A DNA stretch of 64,000 nt. Origin: Desulfatiglandales bacterium. Lineage in GTDB: Bacteria; Desulfobacterota; DSM-4660; Desulfatiglandales; Desulfatiglandaceae. The stretch is taken from positions 2,816,001 to 2,880,000 of the forward strand of contig OY762721.1 in NCBI GenBank assembly GCA_963666345.1, in the 5' to 3' direction. The translations under genes and the position numbers were made by a program. Below the pieces are notes generated by a model. That model did not search any database. It had not been told where the DNA came from and saw nothing but the letters and a program-made list of their open reading frames with translations. Numbering within the stretch: the stretch's first letter is position 1; each line of letters starts with the position of its first letter. Positions 9,423 through 19,766 of this stretch are shown in pieces.

Positions 9423-12400
9423 TCAAAGTCGGCTAATTCGCCCTATGGCCTCATCAAATTTTCCGGCAATGAGCATCTCAAATTCCTTCCCAAAATAGGT
9501 CCTGTTGACTTTTAGAAAGGACTTTGTACTTTCCCAGTATTTTGCTATGGCTTTACTGTCATCAAGTTTCAGCAGGAAGTTGTCTATTTCAATTATCTTT
9601 TCATTTTTCAATGTTTCCTTCCTCAACTCAAAGAGATCTGTCAACCTGTTTATTTGTTCTCCAGACAGGCCAAGCTCCAGAGATTCTGTCAGAAAGGTTT
9701 TTACCAGCCGGTGAAGTTCTATGACATCCGTAATTGATTCCATTTCCCTTTTTGCCCGATCTAAAAGCCTGTCGTTGATTTCAACCATCTTTTTTTCAAA
9801 GGCATTTTCAAGTAAAAGTTCATAATCCTCTGTGTGATAGGTATGTTTTCTGAGAGATCTGAGCGTGCGATGAAAATAATTCTTTAACCGCTCCGGATCG
9901 TTGATTTTTTCCATGTAGGCGATCTTTTGCGGTATGTTAAACCTGTCCTGAAAATCAACTAAAATAACGTTGTGTCTTTTATCATACCGAAGAATAATTC
10001 CCCTTCTCACCTTGAAGAATCTTCGCAGGGAAGAATCGTCATTCCAGAGATTTTCAAGGGCAAGGTCGCTCAGTTCGGCGTTAATCGCTTCGTAACGCCT
10101 TTCTATCTTTTTACACATTTCCAGAAAATTGACAAATGTCGGGATATTTTGACTGCAGACCTTGTCCACACCCTTCAGGGCAAGAAGTATGAGTTTAATC
10201 TGATTTTCATAGTTAAGGTAGCCACAAACTTTTTCGTACCCGAATATCCTAACCTTATCGTCGGTTAGACAATTTAGAAGAAAATGCCTCTTTTCTTCTT
10301 CAAGCTCGTTGAGGGTATTGTAAATCCTGAAGGCCTCAAATAGTTCCTTTTCGAATGTGGAGTAGCCTATATTGGAAAAACTGCGCTTTTTGTATATGAA
10401 CTTCAGCGGGGTCTTCATGATAAAATCAGCAATTTCGGAAAACTCAATGTAATTAATGCCGCACAGTTTGAAGAAACGTTCCATTGAAAAGATCATTTTG
10501 CCTGAAGCGATTATGTCAGCCTGGGAGGGCTTTTTCCATTCAGGTGATTCAAGGAGTTCTGATTCGGAGACCCTCTTTTCAAGCCCTTTTTCCGTGTATA
10601 GGTCCAAAGCAAAATAAAGATAGCCTTTTTGTAAAAAAATTCGGCTCAAATGTTCATCAAGATCTGTTTCCTTTTTTATGACCCTGTGACACAGATGCAT
10701 GAGCGCAAATAATCGCTTTGCAAGATCCTCCATGATCAAGTCCTCTTTTATCGCGGAAAGCATTATAAAAGAGATAAGGAAGAAGGCCTCGCAAAGTTCA
10801 ATGTCCTCGGGGTCGGTTACTTCGCGGAGCGCGCACTGGCATATCTCTCCCCGTATTATGTGAAGGAGCAGGCTGTGATATCTGACCATGAAAATCAAGG
10901 CGTTTCCGCCTACAGGCCCCAGCCCGCATTTTGCTGCAATTTGTTCCTTTTCGATTATTACGGCGCCTGCATGGGCCATGTCAGCCGGGTTTATCGCACG
11001 GCTGTATTTTTTTCTCAGGCCTTCAATCCTGCCGATATCCTGATACACTAAGGCTCTGACAAATGCATCAAAAAGCTCCCTGTTATCTCTTAGCTTGGAT
11101 GTAATGTCTTCCAGTTTTTCTATCTGACTTTCACTAACTCCAACTATTCCGGTTGCCATCGGACCGAATTCTTTTTGGGCGATTTTGTGCAGGAAATGAA
11201 TGTTCTGGAAAGTTCTTCGCTCTTTATTCACAAGGGCCTGTAGCTTTTTAGTAGAGGTCAATATGTATTCAGTCGGTGAGCCTGTCATATATTTATGCCA
11301 TCTCAAATCGTATTCTTTCATCGCCATGAATTCGGGAATAATGAATTCCAGCAGGGAAGGCGCCTTTTCATAAAGAAGAGATAGGTTGGAGAATATTTTT
11401 TCCGGCACAAAGATAATTTGATATAATATTGATTTTAGTTTGGTTCTTAAGTTCCCCGCTCTTTTGAACCACTGTTTTTGCCTTTTAGGCATCTGAAAAT
11501 CAAATCTCTTCTGTTCCAGTATCAAAAGATGACTTTGATAGAAACTCTCCAGATCGGGAAAAAGCAGCGCAATGTTTTCGAGCTTTTCAGGCGGAATCGA
11601 TGGGCTGAGCCAGTCTTCGGATTTGTCCAGTAATGTGTTCAGCCGGTCTATTATTTTTTCCATATCCAGACAATCAATTTCCAGGGCATTTATTTCTTTG
11701 TTGAGCCTGAACTGAAAACCCGTTCCAACAATAAATGAAGAACCGTTTTGGAGCAGTTGCTGCCTGAACTGCTCCAGAAAGAGGCGTTCAAGATGCTGGA
11801 TGCTGATTTCCTCAGCCTCGAATTCAATTTTTGTGATTCTATCATTTATTTCGGATTGTTCGGTTTCCGCAAGAACAGGATTGAAATTAACCACTTCGCA
11901 AGGGGCGACATTTATCGCTATCCAAAGCAAGATAAATACATGCTTGCTGTTCATTTTTTCAAATAAGTGCCCTGTACCATGAAATTCCAGAGCAAGAAAT
12001 TTCCGGTAAAACGTAGGAAACTGAATGGGGTCGGAATGGAGATAGGTCCTTTCAAATCGATCAAGGGTGTTGAGAAGTCTTATTATATTTTCGATTCTTT
12101 CGAGGTTAAGTTTATCGTAGTCGGAGAGTGCCTCCTTTTCCATCGCCCCCTTCTCTTTCAATTCGCTCCAGTTGTCAAGAAACTCGAAGTGATTTATCAT
12201 CATGAGAAGTTTTCTGATAATTTTATTTTGGACGCCTCCGATTGCCGAAGTTTCTTCATCATGAATTCGGTCCCAGTCAAGGTTACAATTGGTAACAACT
12301 CTTATGGCGGATTCATATAATCGGAATAGTTCTCCCATTTCTTCCTGTGACAGTTCTGAACCTCTGGCCGCTTCTGTTTCGGCCATCGTCATGAGAAGAC

Positions 12401-14135
12401 AATAGCGAAGAATATTGGTGGCATCCTGGGTGTTGTAGGTCTTTGCGAGATCACAGGCCGCCCCCAGTGCCTTTTCGGACATCTTCCCCGAAATTATGCG
12501 ACCCATGGGGGTGTGGCCCAATATAATAAGAAAAATTTCCCGTAATTCTCCGTGAGTGAAACCGAAGAAGGGAAGGACCTCGAATTTTTCAAAAATACTG
12601 GTCCTTGTTCCCTCAATCATTTCAGGATTAAAGAGAGCTTTTATTCTTTCAAGAAGCCTTACTTTGCTTTTGAGGCTTAAGACATCATCTATTGCATAAA
12701 ATCTTTGTAATTTATTCTCAAAAGGTTGTCTAATACGATCGATAAAATATTTTGGCAAATTGTGATAATTGCCTTTTTCAAGCCTGTCAAGGGTTTTAAG
12801 GGTATCTATGACATATTCAAAGGAGTTTCTGTATTCAGCCAGAAGTTCAAAAGGGCACCCGGTCAATTTGGATTCTACAAGCTCATGAATAATTTCATGC
12901 AAAGTTACCTTGAGAGGTTTTTTTCTCCCCAGAAAGGTAAGCATATATTTGGGAGTGTATTCGGAAAAAGAATATTTTTGTTCCCATTCGTCCCTTATGT
13001 TTTGGGGAATTACGGGCCTCAGCAATATTTCATTAAAATAGGTGTGAAGAAGCCTTGACCAGTTTTTCTTCTGTTCCCCCAGAAAGGACAAAAGATTCAG
13101 TGGGAAATTGAGATATGAAAGCGAATTTAAATCTTCAAGGGTCAGGCCGTTAAGATCTTTTCCTTTTAACAATCGGTCAACTACTTCCTGCTCAATGTAA
13201 AAGCCCCCCAGATATTTCTGGAAATCAAAGATATTCACATCCAGGGTATTTTGCTCAAATTTGTACTTAAATTTTGTCCTGAAGATATGAGTAAAGAGGG
13301 CGAACTTTTTCTCCTCCTCGACAGAATTAAAGGTCACTCTGGCGGTTTTGTCGCCTTTTGGGGTGTGATGATCTGAAATAATGAATATCTCTCCATCCGG
13401 TTGGAGCAGGTTGTAGATTTTCCAGAAAAGATACATCGCATAATGGTTGATTACAGTCGTGGATGGTTTGCGTTGCGAAGGGGTCCTGAAGCGTTCCATG
13501 ATCATGATTTCAAAAGGGTCGGTGGTAAGGATGGCAAGATCAACTTTATCCTTTTCCGCTCTCAATCTTTCGATCGAGTCTATCAGCAGGAACTGGTGCT
13601 CTTTGAAGCGCAGGGAGAGCTCTTGAAGTATTAGATCGTCCTGATGAGATATGACGGCAATTTTCTGCTGTTCTTTGAGATATTTTTTACGGTGGGAAAT
13701 AATGACTTTGCTGATCTGATCAACCTTGGCCATTATATGTGTGAATGTATTTGATATGAGATGCCTGGGAATCAGATAGTAGATTTTTCCAAGTTTTGAA
13801 AATCTTATTAAAAGACCGATTTTTTTAAATATCGTGTTAAGCTCTTTGTAATTTTTTTTCAGTCCTTCCGCATCTTCTGCAGGAATATTGTAGAGCATTC
13901 CCAGATCCTTGGGGGAGAGTCTCTCTGATACCTCAAAAAGCCCGAGGCCGTAGGCGTTGCCCCCGAATCGGCTTTGAAGTTGAGAGGGGTGTTTCGATGC
14001 CGCTATCGTACCGACCGGGATGTCTGACGGGTCTATGCCGAATTTTTCGAAATTTTCAGGCTTGATGAATGCAAAGGGATCTTGCTGCCAGTAGGTCTTT
14101 GACGGGAGAAACGAAAGAAGGTCGGATTCAGACAA
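9423..14135 (-). CDS. Large hypothetical protein (1570 aa) with possible degenerate HD-fold segments
   Basis: Uninterrupted 4.7-kb ORF, TTG start preceded by AGGAAG; no recognisable family over most of its length. Confidence 0.8.
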   Translation of the reverse strand: MSESDLLSFLPSKTYWQQDPFAFIKPENFEKFGIDPSDIPVGTIAASKHPSQLQSRFGGNAYGLGLFEVSERLSPKDLGMLYNIPAEDAEGLKKNYKELNTIFKKIGLLIRFSKLGKIYYLIPRHLISNTFTHIMAKVDQISKVIISHRKKYLKEQQKIAVISHQDDLILQELSLRFKEHQFLLIDSIERLRAEKDKVDLAILTTDPFEIMIMERFRTPSQRKPSTTVINHYAMYLFWKIYNLLQPDGEIFIISDHHTPKGDKTARVTFNSVEEEKKFALFTHIFRTKFKYKFEQNTLDVNIFDFQKYLGGFYIEQEVVDRLLKGKDLNGLTLEDLNSLSYLNFPLNLLSFLGEQKKNWSRLLHTYFNEILLRPVIPQNIRDEWEQKYSFSEYTPKYMLTFLGRKKPLKVTLHEIIHELVESKLTGCPFELLAEYRNSFEYVIDTLKTLDRLEKGNYHNLPKYFIDRIRQPFENKLQRFYAIDDVLSLKSKVRLLERIKALFNPEMIEGTRTSIFEKFEVLPFFGFTHGELREIFLIILGHTPMGRIISGKMSEKALGAACDLAKTYNTQDATNILRYCLLMTMAETEAARGSELSQEEMGELFRLYESAIRVVTNCNLDWDRIHDEETSAIGGVQNKIIRKLLMMINHFEFLDNWSELKEKGAMEKEALSDYDKLNLERIENIIRLLNTLDRFERTYLHSDPIQFPTFYRKFLALEFHGTGHLFEKMNSKHVFILLWIAINVAPCEVVNFNPVLAETEQSEINDRITKIEFEAEEISIQHLERLFLEQFRQQLLQNGSSFIVGTGFQFRLNKEINALEIDCLDMEKIIDRLNTLLDKSEDWLSPSIPPEKLENIALLFPDLESFYQSHLLILEQKRFDFQMPKRQKQWFKRAGNLRTKLKSILYQIIFVPEKIFSNLSLLYEKAPSLLEFIIPEFMAMKEYDLRWHKYMTGSPTEYILTSTKKLQALVNKERRTFQNIHFLHKIAQKEFGPMATGIVGVSESQIEKLEDITSKLRDNRELFDAFVRALVYQDIGRIEGLRKKYSRAINPADMAHAGAVIIEKEQIAAKCGLGPVGGNALIFMVRYHSLLLHIIRGEICQCALREVTDPEDIELCEAFFLISFIMLSAIKEDLIMEDLAKRLFALMHLCHRVIKKETDLDEHLSRIFLQKGYLYFALDLYTEKGLEKRVSESELLESPEWKKPSQADIIASGKMIFSMERFFKLCGINYIEFSEIADFIMKTPLKFIYKKRSFSNIGYSTFEKELFEAFRIYNTLNELEEEKRHFLLNCLTDDKVRIFGYEKVCGYLNYENQIKLILLALKGVDKVCSQNIPTFVNFLEMCKKIERRYEAINAELSDLALENLWNDDSSLRRFFKVRRGIILRYDKRHNVILVDFQDRFNIPQKIAYMEKINDPERLKNYFHRTLRSLRKHTYHTEDYELLLENAFEKKMVEINDRLLDRAKREMESITDVIELHRLVKTFLTESLELGLSGEQINRLTDLFELRKETLKNEKIIEIDNFLLKLDDSKAIAKYWESTKSFLKVNRTYFGKEFEMLIAGKFDEAIGRISRL

Positions 14136-14151
14136 TTGCTTCCTATTATAC

Positions 14152-14955
14152 CTACAACCAACGTTTCCTGCGTTTGTAGGATTTTACGTCTTTATAAGAT
14201 TTAAGTTGTCCCGAGGCGGCGGTCCCGAGGTAAAATTCTTTCACATCAGGATTTTCCCTCAAGTCCTCGGCTGTATTTTCCATGACTATTTTGCCGTTTT
14301 CCATGACATAGCCGTAGTGAGCGATCTGCAGGGCCATGTTGGCATTTTGCTCCACTACCATTAGCGTTGTTTTCTGTTCCTCGTTGATTCTCCTGATAAT
14401 TTGAAAAATTTCTTTTACCAAGAGAGGCGCGAGACCCAGGGAAGGTTCATCCAGAAGCAACAGGCTTGGATGGGCCATGAGTGCCCTGCCTATAACCAGC
14501 ATCTGAAGTTCACCACCACTGCAGTAGCCTGCCATTGCTTTCTTCCTGGCAAGTAAAGCCGGAAAATAATCATATACCATTTCCAGATCTTTTTTAAAAG
14601 GTTTACCCCATCTTGTTGCGGTTCCTACCCTGAGGTTTTCTTCAACGGTTAGGTATTTGAATTCCTGCCTTCCTTCCAGTACCTGGATTATCCCTTTTCT
14701 GGTAATCTGTTCAGGGGATGAATTTTGAATTGATTTGCCGTCATAATGTATAGACCCCTCGGTTACCTTGCCGTTTTCAGGCTTCAGCAGGCCCGAAATC
14801 GCCTTTAGCGTAGTAGTCTTGCCGGCGCCGTTACTGCCGAGCAGTGATACTATTTGGCCTTTTGGTATGGTTAGAGAAACTCCCTTCAGGACCTGTATCA
14901 CGTCAGAATATACAACGCTTATGTTATTTATGAGCAATCTGATATTATCTTCCAT
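14152..14955 (-). CDS. livF: Branched-chain-amino-acid-type ABC transporter ATPase (LivF-like)
   Basis: Walker A GSNGAGKT, signature CSGGE, LLLLDEPSLGLAP. Confidence 0.88.
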   Translation of the reverse strand: MEDNIRLLINNISVVYSDVIQVLKGVSLTIPKGQIVSLLGSNGAGKTTTLKAISGLLKPENGKVTEGSIHYDGKSIQNSSPEQITRKGIIQVLEGRQEFKYLTVEENLRVGTATRWGKPFKKDLEMVYDYFPALLARKKAMAGYCSGGELQMLVIGRALMAHPSLLLLDEPSLGLAPLLVKEIFQIIRRINEEQKTTLMVVEQNANMALQIAHYGYVMENGKIVMENTAEDLRENPDVKEFYLGTAASGQLKSYKDVKSYKRRKRWL

Positions 14956-14969
14956 AATCCGGAAACCTC

Positions 14970-16040
14970 TCAATATGAGAAAGGCCACAGTCTGAAACTT
15001 GATCGTACAATCCTCCAGACCTCTGCCAAGCCTTTTGGTTCAAATATAATAAATAAAACAATGGCCAGACCGAAGATGAATTCTCTCAAGGGGGCTATCG
15101 TAATAGCAACACCTGAGGAGGCCCCCACATTCATAAGAAATTCAGTAGCCAGACCGAGCAATTCGTTCAAGAGTACTATGAATGATGCGCCGAATACGGC
15201 CCCGGGGATACTTCCAAGGCCGCCTATGATTATCATGGCAATGAATTCGATTGAAAGCCAGAGGTTGAAAGGTTCCGGCGTAATACTCATCATGTAATGG
15301 GCGTAAAGTGCACCAGCGAATCCGGCATAAAAGGAACTTATTGCAAATGAAATGAGTTTATATCCGAAAACAGGTATTCCCATCCCTTCCGCCGCCCTGT
15401 CATTGTCCCTTATAGCTATGAATGCTCTGCCGAAACGAGTCCTTACAATATTTACCGCCATCCATGTCAGGATGACAAAACATATAAATATTACATAAAA
15501 AAAACGTTTGTCCGTTCCCAGGTCGAGTCCGAAAAAGTTCACCTCGGACACGATTATTCCCTCGGCTCCACCTGTAAGGCTCTCCCATTGAACGAAGACA
15601 TATTCGATGATGAACTGACCAGCAAGAGTTGCGATAAGAAGATATAGATGTTTGAGCCTGGCGGAGGGTAGTCCGAATATTATCCCGACAGCAGCGGTAA
15701 CTAATCCGGCAGCCGGCACCGCTAATATAAAAGGAAATCCTGCTTTCGTAGCAAGGATCGCGCCGGCGTAGGCGCCTACACCGAAAAATGCGCCGTGACC
15801 AAGTGAGATTTGTCCTGTGTATCCTATGAGTAGATTCAATCCAATTGCAGAAATAGAGAAAATTCCGATTGTATTTAAGATATATAAGATATACGGGCTG
15901 CTGATAAAAGGAATTATACCAAAAAGAGCTACCAAGCCTATGAGTGTCCAAAAACGACCGAAATCCGTTTCAAAAACCGTCAGTTCTTCGCGGTAGGATT
16001 CTTTGAAATTTCCGCAAGGGTGTAACTGGAACTTTCGCAT
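14970..16040 (-). CDS. livM: ABC transporter permease (LivM-like)
   Basis: GYTGQISLGHGAFFGVGAY and AIRDNDRAAEGMGI motifs. Confidence 0.88.
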   Translation of the reverse strand: MRKFQLHPCGNFKESYREELTVFETDFGRFWTLIGLVALFGIIPFISSPYILYILNTIGIFSISAIGLNLLIGYTGQISLGHGAFFGVGAYAGAILATKAGFPFILAVPAAGLVTAAVGIIFGLPSARLKHLYLLIATLAGQFIIEYVFVQWESLTGGAEGIIVSEVNFFGLDLGTDKRFFYVIFICFVILTWMAVNIVRTRFGRAFIAIRDNDRAAEGMGIPVFGYKLISFAISSFYAGFAGALYAHYMMSITPEPFNLWLSIEFIAMIIIGGLGSIPGAVFGASFIVLLNELLGLATEFLMNVGASSGVAITIAPLREFIFGLAIVLFIIFEPKGLAEVWRIVRSSFRLWPFSY

Positions 16041-16065
16041 CTGATATCTGCCCTCCCTATATAGT

Positions 16066-16944
16066 CTAGACCCGCTCAATTTCTACAAGGCCAAAAAGTC
16101 CATAGGGCTTTATCATAAGTATAAGGACCAAGACAATGTATGGCACGACCTCTCTCAGGGAGGTTGAAATATATCCTCCTGTAAAGGTCTCCAGTAATCC
16201 TATTATTACTCCTCCAAGTATGGCTCCCCCGATACTGTCCAGACCGCCGAGAATTACAACGGGAAATACCTTCAGGCCGATTGAACTCAATTCGTGAACG
16301 TTTATTCCATTTATGATCCCGAGGACTATGCCGCTTATGGCCGCAACTATAAATGCAATAGCCCATGACAGGGCGAAGACCCTTCTTACATGGACACCGA
16401 GAGACAGGGCCGCAGGCTGATTATCGGCAACCGACCTCATGTATATACCCTGAGAGGAGTATTTGAAAAAAAAGCCGAATATGACAAGGAAAATAATCCC
16501 GATTATAAATGACGCTACATACACCGAAGGGATTTGGATGTAGCCCATGCTTACGGACAGCCCCTCAGGTAGAAACTTCGGATAATCGTGGATATCCCCT
16601 CCAAAGATGAATAGAAGCAGCCCTTTGAACATGATCCCCAGTCCCAGGGTAAGCATTATGACTTCGATCAGATTTTCACCTATCAGGGGCCTGAGAAAAA
16701 ATTTTTCAACAACAAATCCCAACGCGAACGTGCCGACCAGTGTAAGAGCAAAAGCCAGGATTATCGGAAGGTTAGCCCATGAGGATAAAGCAAGAAAAAG
16801 AAATGCGCCGATAGCAAGGAGTTCGCCATGGGCGAGATTAAGGACACTACTGGATTTGAATATCATTACAAACCCCAGTGCCGACAGGGCATAAAGAAAA
16901 CCCAAAGACAATCCGTTTACAAGCAATTGGAGAAAAAATTCCAT
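16066..16944 (-). CDS. livH: ABC transporter permease (LivH-like)
   Basis: YALSALGFVMIF...NLAHGE and VILGGLDSIGGA motifs. Confidence 0.88.
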   Translation of the reverse strand: MEFFLQLLVNGLSLGFLYALSALGFVMIFKSSSVLNLAHGELLAIGAFLFLALSSWANLPIILAFALTLVGTFALGFVVEKFFLRPLIGENLIEVIMLTLGLGIMFKGLLLFIFGGDIHDYPKFLPEGLSVSMGYIQIPSVYVASFIIGIIFLVIFGFFFKYSSQGIYMRSVADNQPAALSLGVHVRRVFALSWAIAFIVAAISGIVLGIINGINVHELSSIGLKVFPVVILGGLDSIGGAILGGVIIGLLETFTGGYISTSLREVVPYIVLVLILMIKPYGLFGLVEIERV

Positions 16945-16963
16945 TCCCGTCTACTCCTTGTTA

Positions 16964-18913
16964 TTATACTGTCAATATCCTCACGAATGTTTCAATCGTA
17001 CCGACGTGTCCGTCTCTGTACCTGATCTGGCCTTTTACAGGCAGTTCCTTTTTGTCCGAGTACATCGCCTGTATAAGGTCTTTATACTGCTCAAAGACAA
17101 ATTTTCTTCTTACTTTTCCTGTCCTTGTCAGTTCTTCGTCATCCGCGTCGAGCAGTTTATATAAGATAATGATCTTGACAAGCTGCATCGGTTTCGGGAG
17201 TTGAGTATTAACCTCCTTTGTTTCATCTATGATAAGCCCTTCCACTTGAGTTTGCTGTGATAAATCGGTATAGGTGGTATAGGGTATTTTTCTATCCTCG
17301 GCCCAGTTTCCCACATTGCCGAAATCGATATTTATAAAGGCTGTAAGATATGGCTGCCCTTCTCCCCAGACTACCGCCTCTTTGATATAAGGACTGAATT
17401 TCAGCCTTGTTTCTATGAAGTCGGGAGAAAACGCTTCCCCCTCCTTCGTCCTTATTATATCTTCTTTTCTCCCGATAATAAGCAGATGCCCGTCTTCGTC
17501 AAAATATCCGGCATCTCCGGTATAAAACCATCCATCCCTTAAAGCCTCGGAGGTTGCTGCAGGATTTTCATAGTAACCCACAAAGTTGGATTTGCTTAGA
17601 ACGATTACTTCCTGATCTTCCAAGATTTTTACTTCAGTTCGCGGAAGCGGCGTTCCCACGGTTTCCGGTTTTACCTCGTCATCCGGCTGCACCTGAAAAA
17701 TCCCTGCAGATTCGGTTAGTCCGTAACATTGCTTTAAGTTAAGACCGTTCCCCCGGAAAAACCTTATCACGTCGGGACTGATGGGGTGACCGCCTGTATA
17801 GGCCGCCCTGAAATTAAAGCAGCCAATCCTGTCCATAAGGGGCCGTGATACGAGCCATTCTGTCATCCAGCTTTTTAATTTGAGGCTGAAAGGCGGGGGT
17901 TTTTTCACTGATTCCAGCTCGACAACCTGGGCACCTATTTTTTGAGACACCGCATAGAGTTTCCGTTTTATAAATCCGGCGTCAGCGATCTTCACCCTTA
18001 TCTTTGAGGCAAGATCCTCCCAGAACCTTGAGGATGTGACTATGACGGTAGGACCGATTTCCCTGAAATCCTCTGTCGCTGTTTCAAAGGTTTCAGGAAA
18101 ATTCATTATCATACCCCCGCACAGGGTTATCCCCACACCCCATATCTGGTCCACGATCCATGCAGTTGGGGTTATGGAGATCCAATTGTCACCGATGCCT
18201 ACGGGAGCTGTTTCCAGCCACTTGTGAGACATCTCGGTGAAGTTTTCATAGCTGAGCATGACAAGCTTGGGAAGTCCTGTTGTGCCGGATGTCATAAGCA
18301 TCAGGGCGATGTCTTCAGGCCTGCCCTCCCACAGTTCCTTGATGAACAGGTCGGGTTGCTCCTTATCCAGTTCCTCTCCAATCTCAAGAAGCTGCCTAAA
18401 GCTGATCAACCATGGATCGTCTCCATAGTTTCTCATGCCCGTGGGGTCGATATAAATCAAGCGCTGAATATGAGACAGTTCATCGCGGCGGGAGAGGAGT
18501 TTATCCACCTGTTCCTGGTCCTGTGCAAAGGCAAAGCTCGCTTTCATCCTGTTCAATCCGTAGACAAGCTCCTTAGCAACGGCAGAGGTGAACAGGTTTA
18601 GTGTCTCGCTGCCTATCGCCTGGGCACCCAACTCACTGAAAAGCCATTCAGGATGGTTATCTACAACCAAACCCACCTTTTGACCTCTCTTGAGTCCAAG
18701 TGAAATAAGCCCCAATGCCACACGTCTGGTATAAGTCAGATAGTCTTTCCAGCTGAAGGTCTGCCAGACACCGTAGGCTTTTTCTCTTATGGCGATATTA
18801 TCGTCACCCAACCTCTCCGCCTGTTTTGCAAGTATCTGCGGAAATGTAAATTTGGTCAGAGAGGATAGGGTTTCAGCATCAATACGATTGATTTTTGCGC
18901 TAATTGAATTCAT
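16964..18913 (-). CDS. Long-chain acyl-CoA synthetase (AMP-forming)
   Basis: MTSGTTGLPK, YGLTE, YTGDAG and GRKED adenylate-forming motifs. Confidence 0.85.
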   Translation of the reverse strand: MNSISAKINRIDAETLSSLTKFTFPQILAKQAERLGDDNIAIREKAYGVWQTFSWKDYLTYTRRVALGLISLGLKRGQKVGLVVDNHPEWLFSELGAQAIGSETLNLFTSAVAKELVYGLNRMKASFAFAQDQEQVDKLLSRRDELSHIQRLIYIDPTGMRNYGDDPWLISFRQLLEIGEELDKEQPDLFIKELWEGRPEDIALMLMTSGTTGLPKLVMLSYENFTEMSHKWLETAPVGIGDNWISITPTAWIVDQIWGVGITLCGGMIMNFPETFETATEDFREIGPTVIVTSSRFWEDLASKIRVKIADAGFIKRKLYAVSQKIGAQVVELESVKKPPPFSLKLKSWMTEWLVSRPLMDRIGCFNFRAAYTGGHPISPDVIRFFRGNGLNLKQCYGLTESAGIFQVQPDDEVKPETVGTPLPRTEVKILEDQEVIVLSKSNFVGYYENPAATSEALRDGWFYTGDAGYFDEDGHLLIIGRKEDIIRTKEGEAFSPDFIETRLKFSPYIKEAVVWGEGQPYLTAFINIDFGNVGNWAEDRKIPYTTYTDLSQQTQVEGLIIDETKEVNTQLPKPMQLVKIIILYKLLDADDEELTRTGKVRRKFVFEQYKDLIQAMYSDKKELPVKGQIRYRDGHVGTIETFVRILTV

Positions 18914-18935
18914 TTTCTATCTGGAGAATTAAAGG

Positions 18936-19766
18936 TTAGTCAATTTTGGAGGTATCTCCCAGATATGCCTTGATCACCTGGGGGTGGTTTTGTACGAAAT
19001 CTGGAGAACCTTCAGCGATTTTTACTCCGAAGTCCAAAACTGCAACTCTCTTGGATATGCTCATCACAATAGACATGTCATGTTCTACAAGGAGTATCGT
19101 CTGTTTCCACGCCTCATTAAGCTCAAGCAGGAATCGAACCATATCCTCTTTTTCCTCGAGGGTCATCCCCGCGAAGGGTTCATCCAGAACAAGCAGCTTT
19201 GGTTCAAGCGCGAGAGCACGTCCGAGTTCAACTCGTTTTCTCATCCCATAGGGAAGCGATCCAACCAAGCTTTTTCTGATTGACTGCATTTCGAGGAAAT
19301 CGATTAGTTCTTCCAGAACTTCTCTGTGCCGTACTTCCTCGTCTTTGACCTTTTTGGAAAAGATCGACGCCCGCCCAAGATCGTATTTACAGTGAACATG
19401 CCTTGCCAGAAGCATGTTGGAAAGAACGGTCATGCCTGGAAACAGTTCAATGTTTTGATAAGTTCTGCCTATGCCTGTTTTGGTAAGATGATGAGTAGAT
19501 AAGTGAGTGACATCTTCTCCATTGAAAAATATCTGGCCTTCCTGCGGCTTATAATACCCGGTAATACAATTCAGGAGGCTCGTCTTTCCTGCGCCGTTTG
19601 GTCCAATCAGAGCTACTAACTCCCCTGAGTGAACAGCCAGGTCGATCTTGTTAAGGGCGGTTATTCCGCCAAACATTAATGTCAGTCTCTTCACCTCCAG
19701 TTCCGCCCGTTTTTCTTCGGGTGAAACCGAGGCGAAGATGCTTGGTTCCCCTCGGAAGGCCTTCAT
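18936..19766 (-). CDS. livG: ABC transporter ATPase (LivG-like)
   Basis: GPNGAGKT, LPYG, LDEPFAG and C-terminal VIKAYLG motifs. Confidence 0.88.
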   Translation of the reverse strand: MKAFRGEPSIFASVSPEEKRAELEVKRLTLMFGGITALNKIDLAVHSGELVALIGPNGAGKTSLLNCITGYYKPQEGQIFFNGEDVTHLSTHHLTKTGIGRTYQNIELFPGMTVLSNMLLARHVHCKYDLGRASIFSKKVKDEEVRHREVLEELIDFLEMQSIRKSLVGSLPYGMRKRVELGRALALEPKLLVLDEPFAGMTLEEKEDMVRFLLELNEAWKQTILLVEHDMSIVMSISKRVAVLDFGVKIAEGSPDFVQNHPQVIKAYLGDTSKID

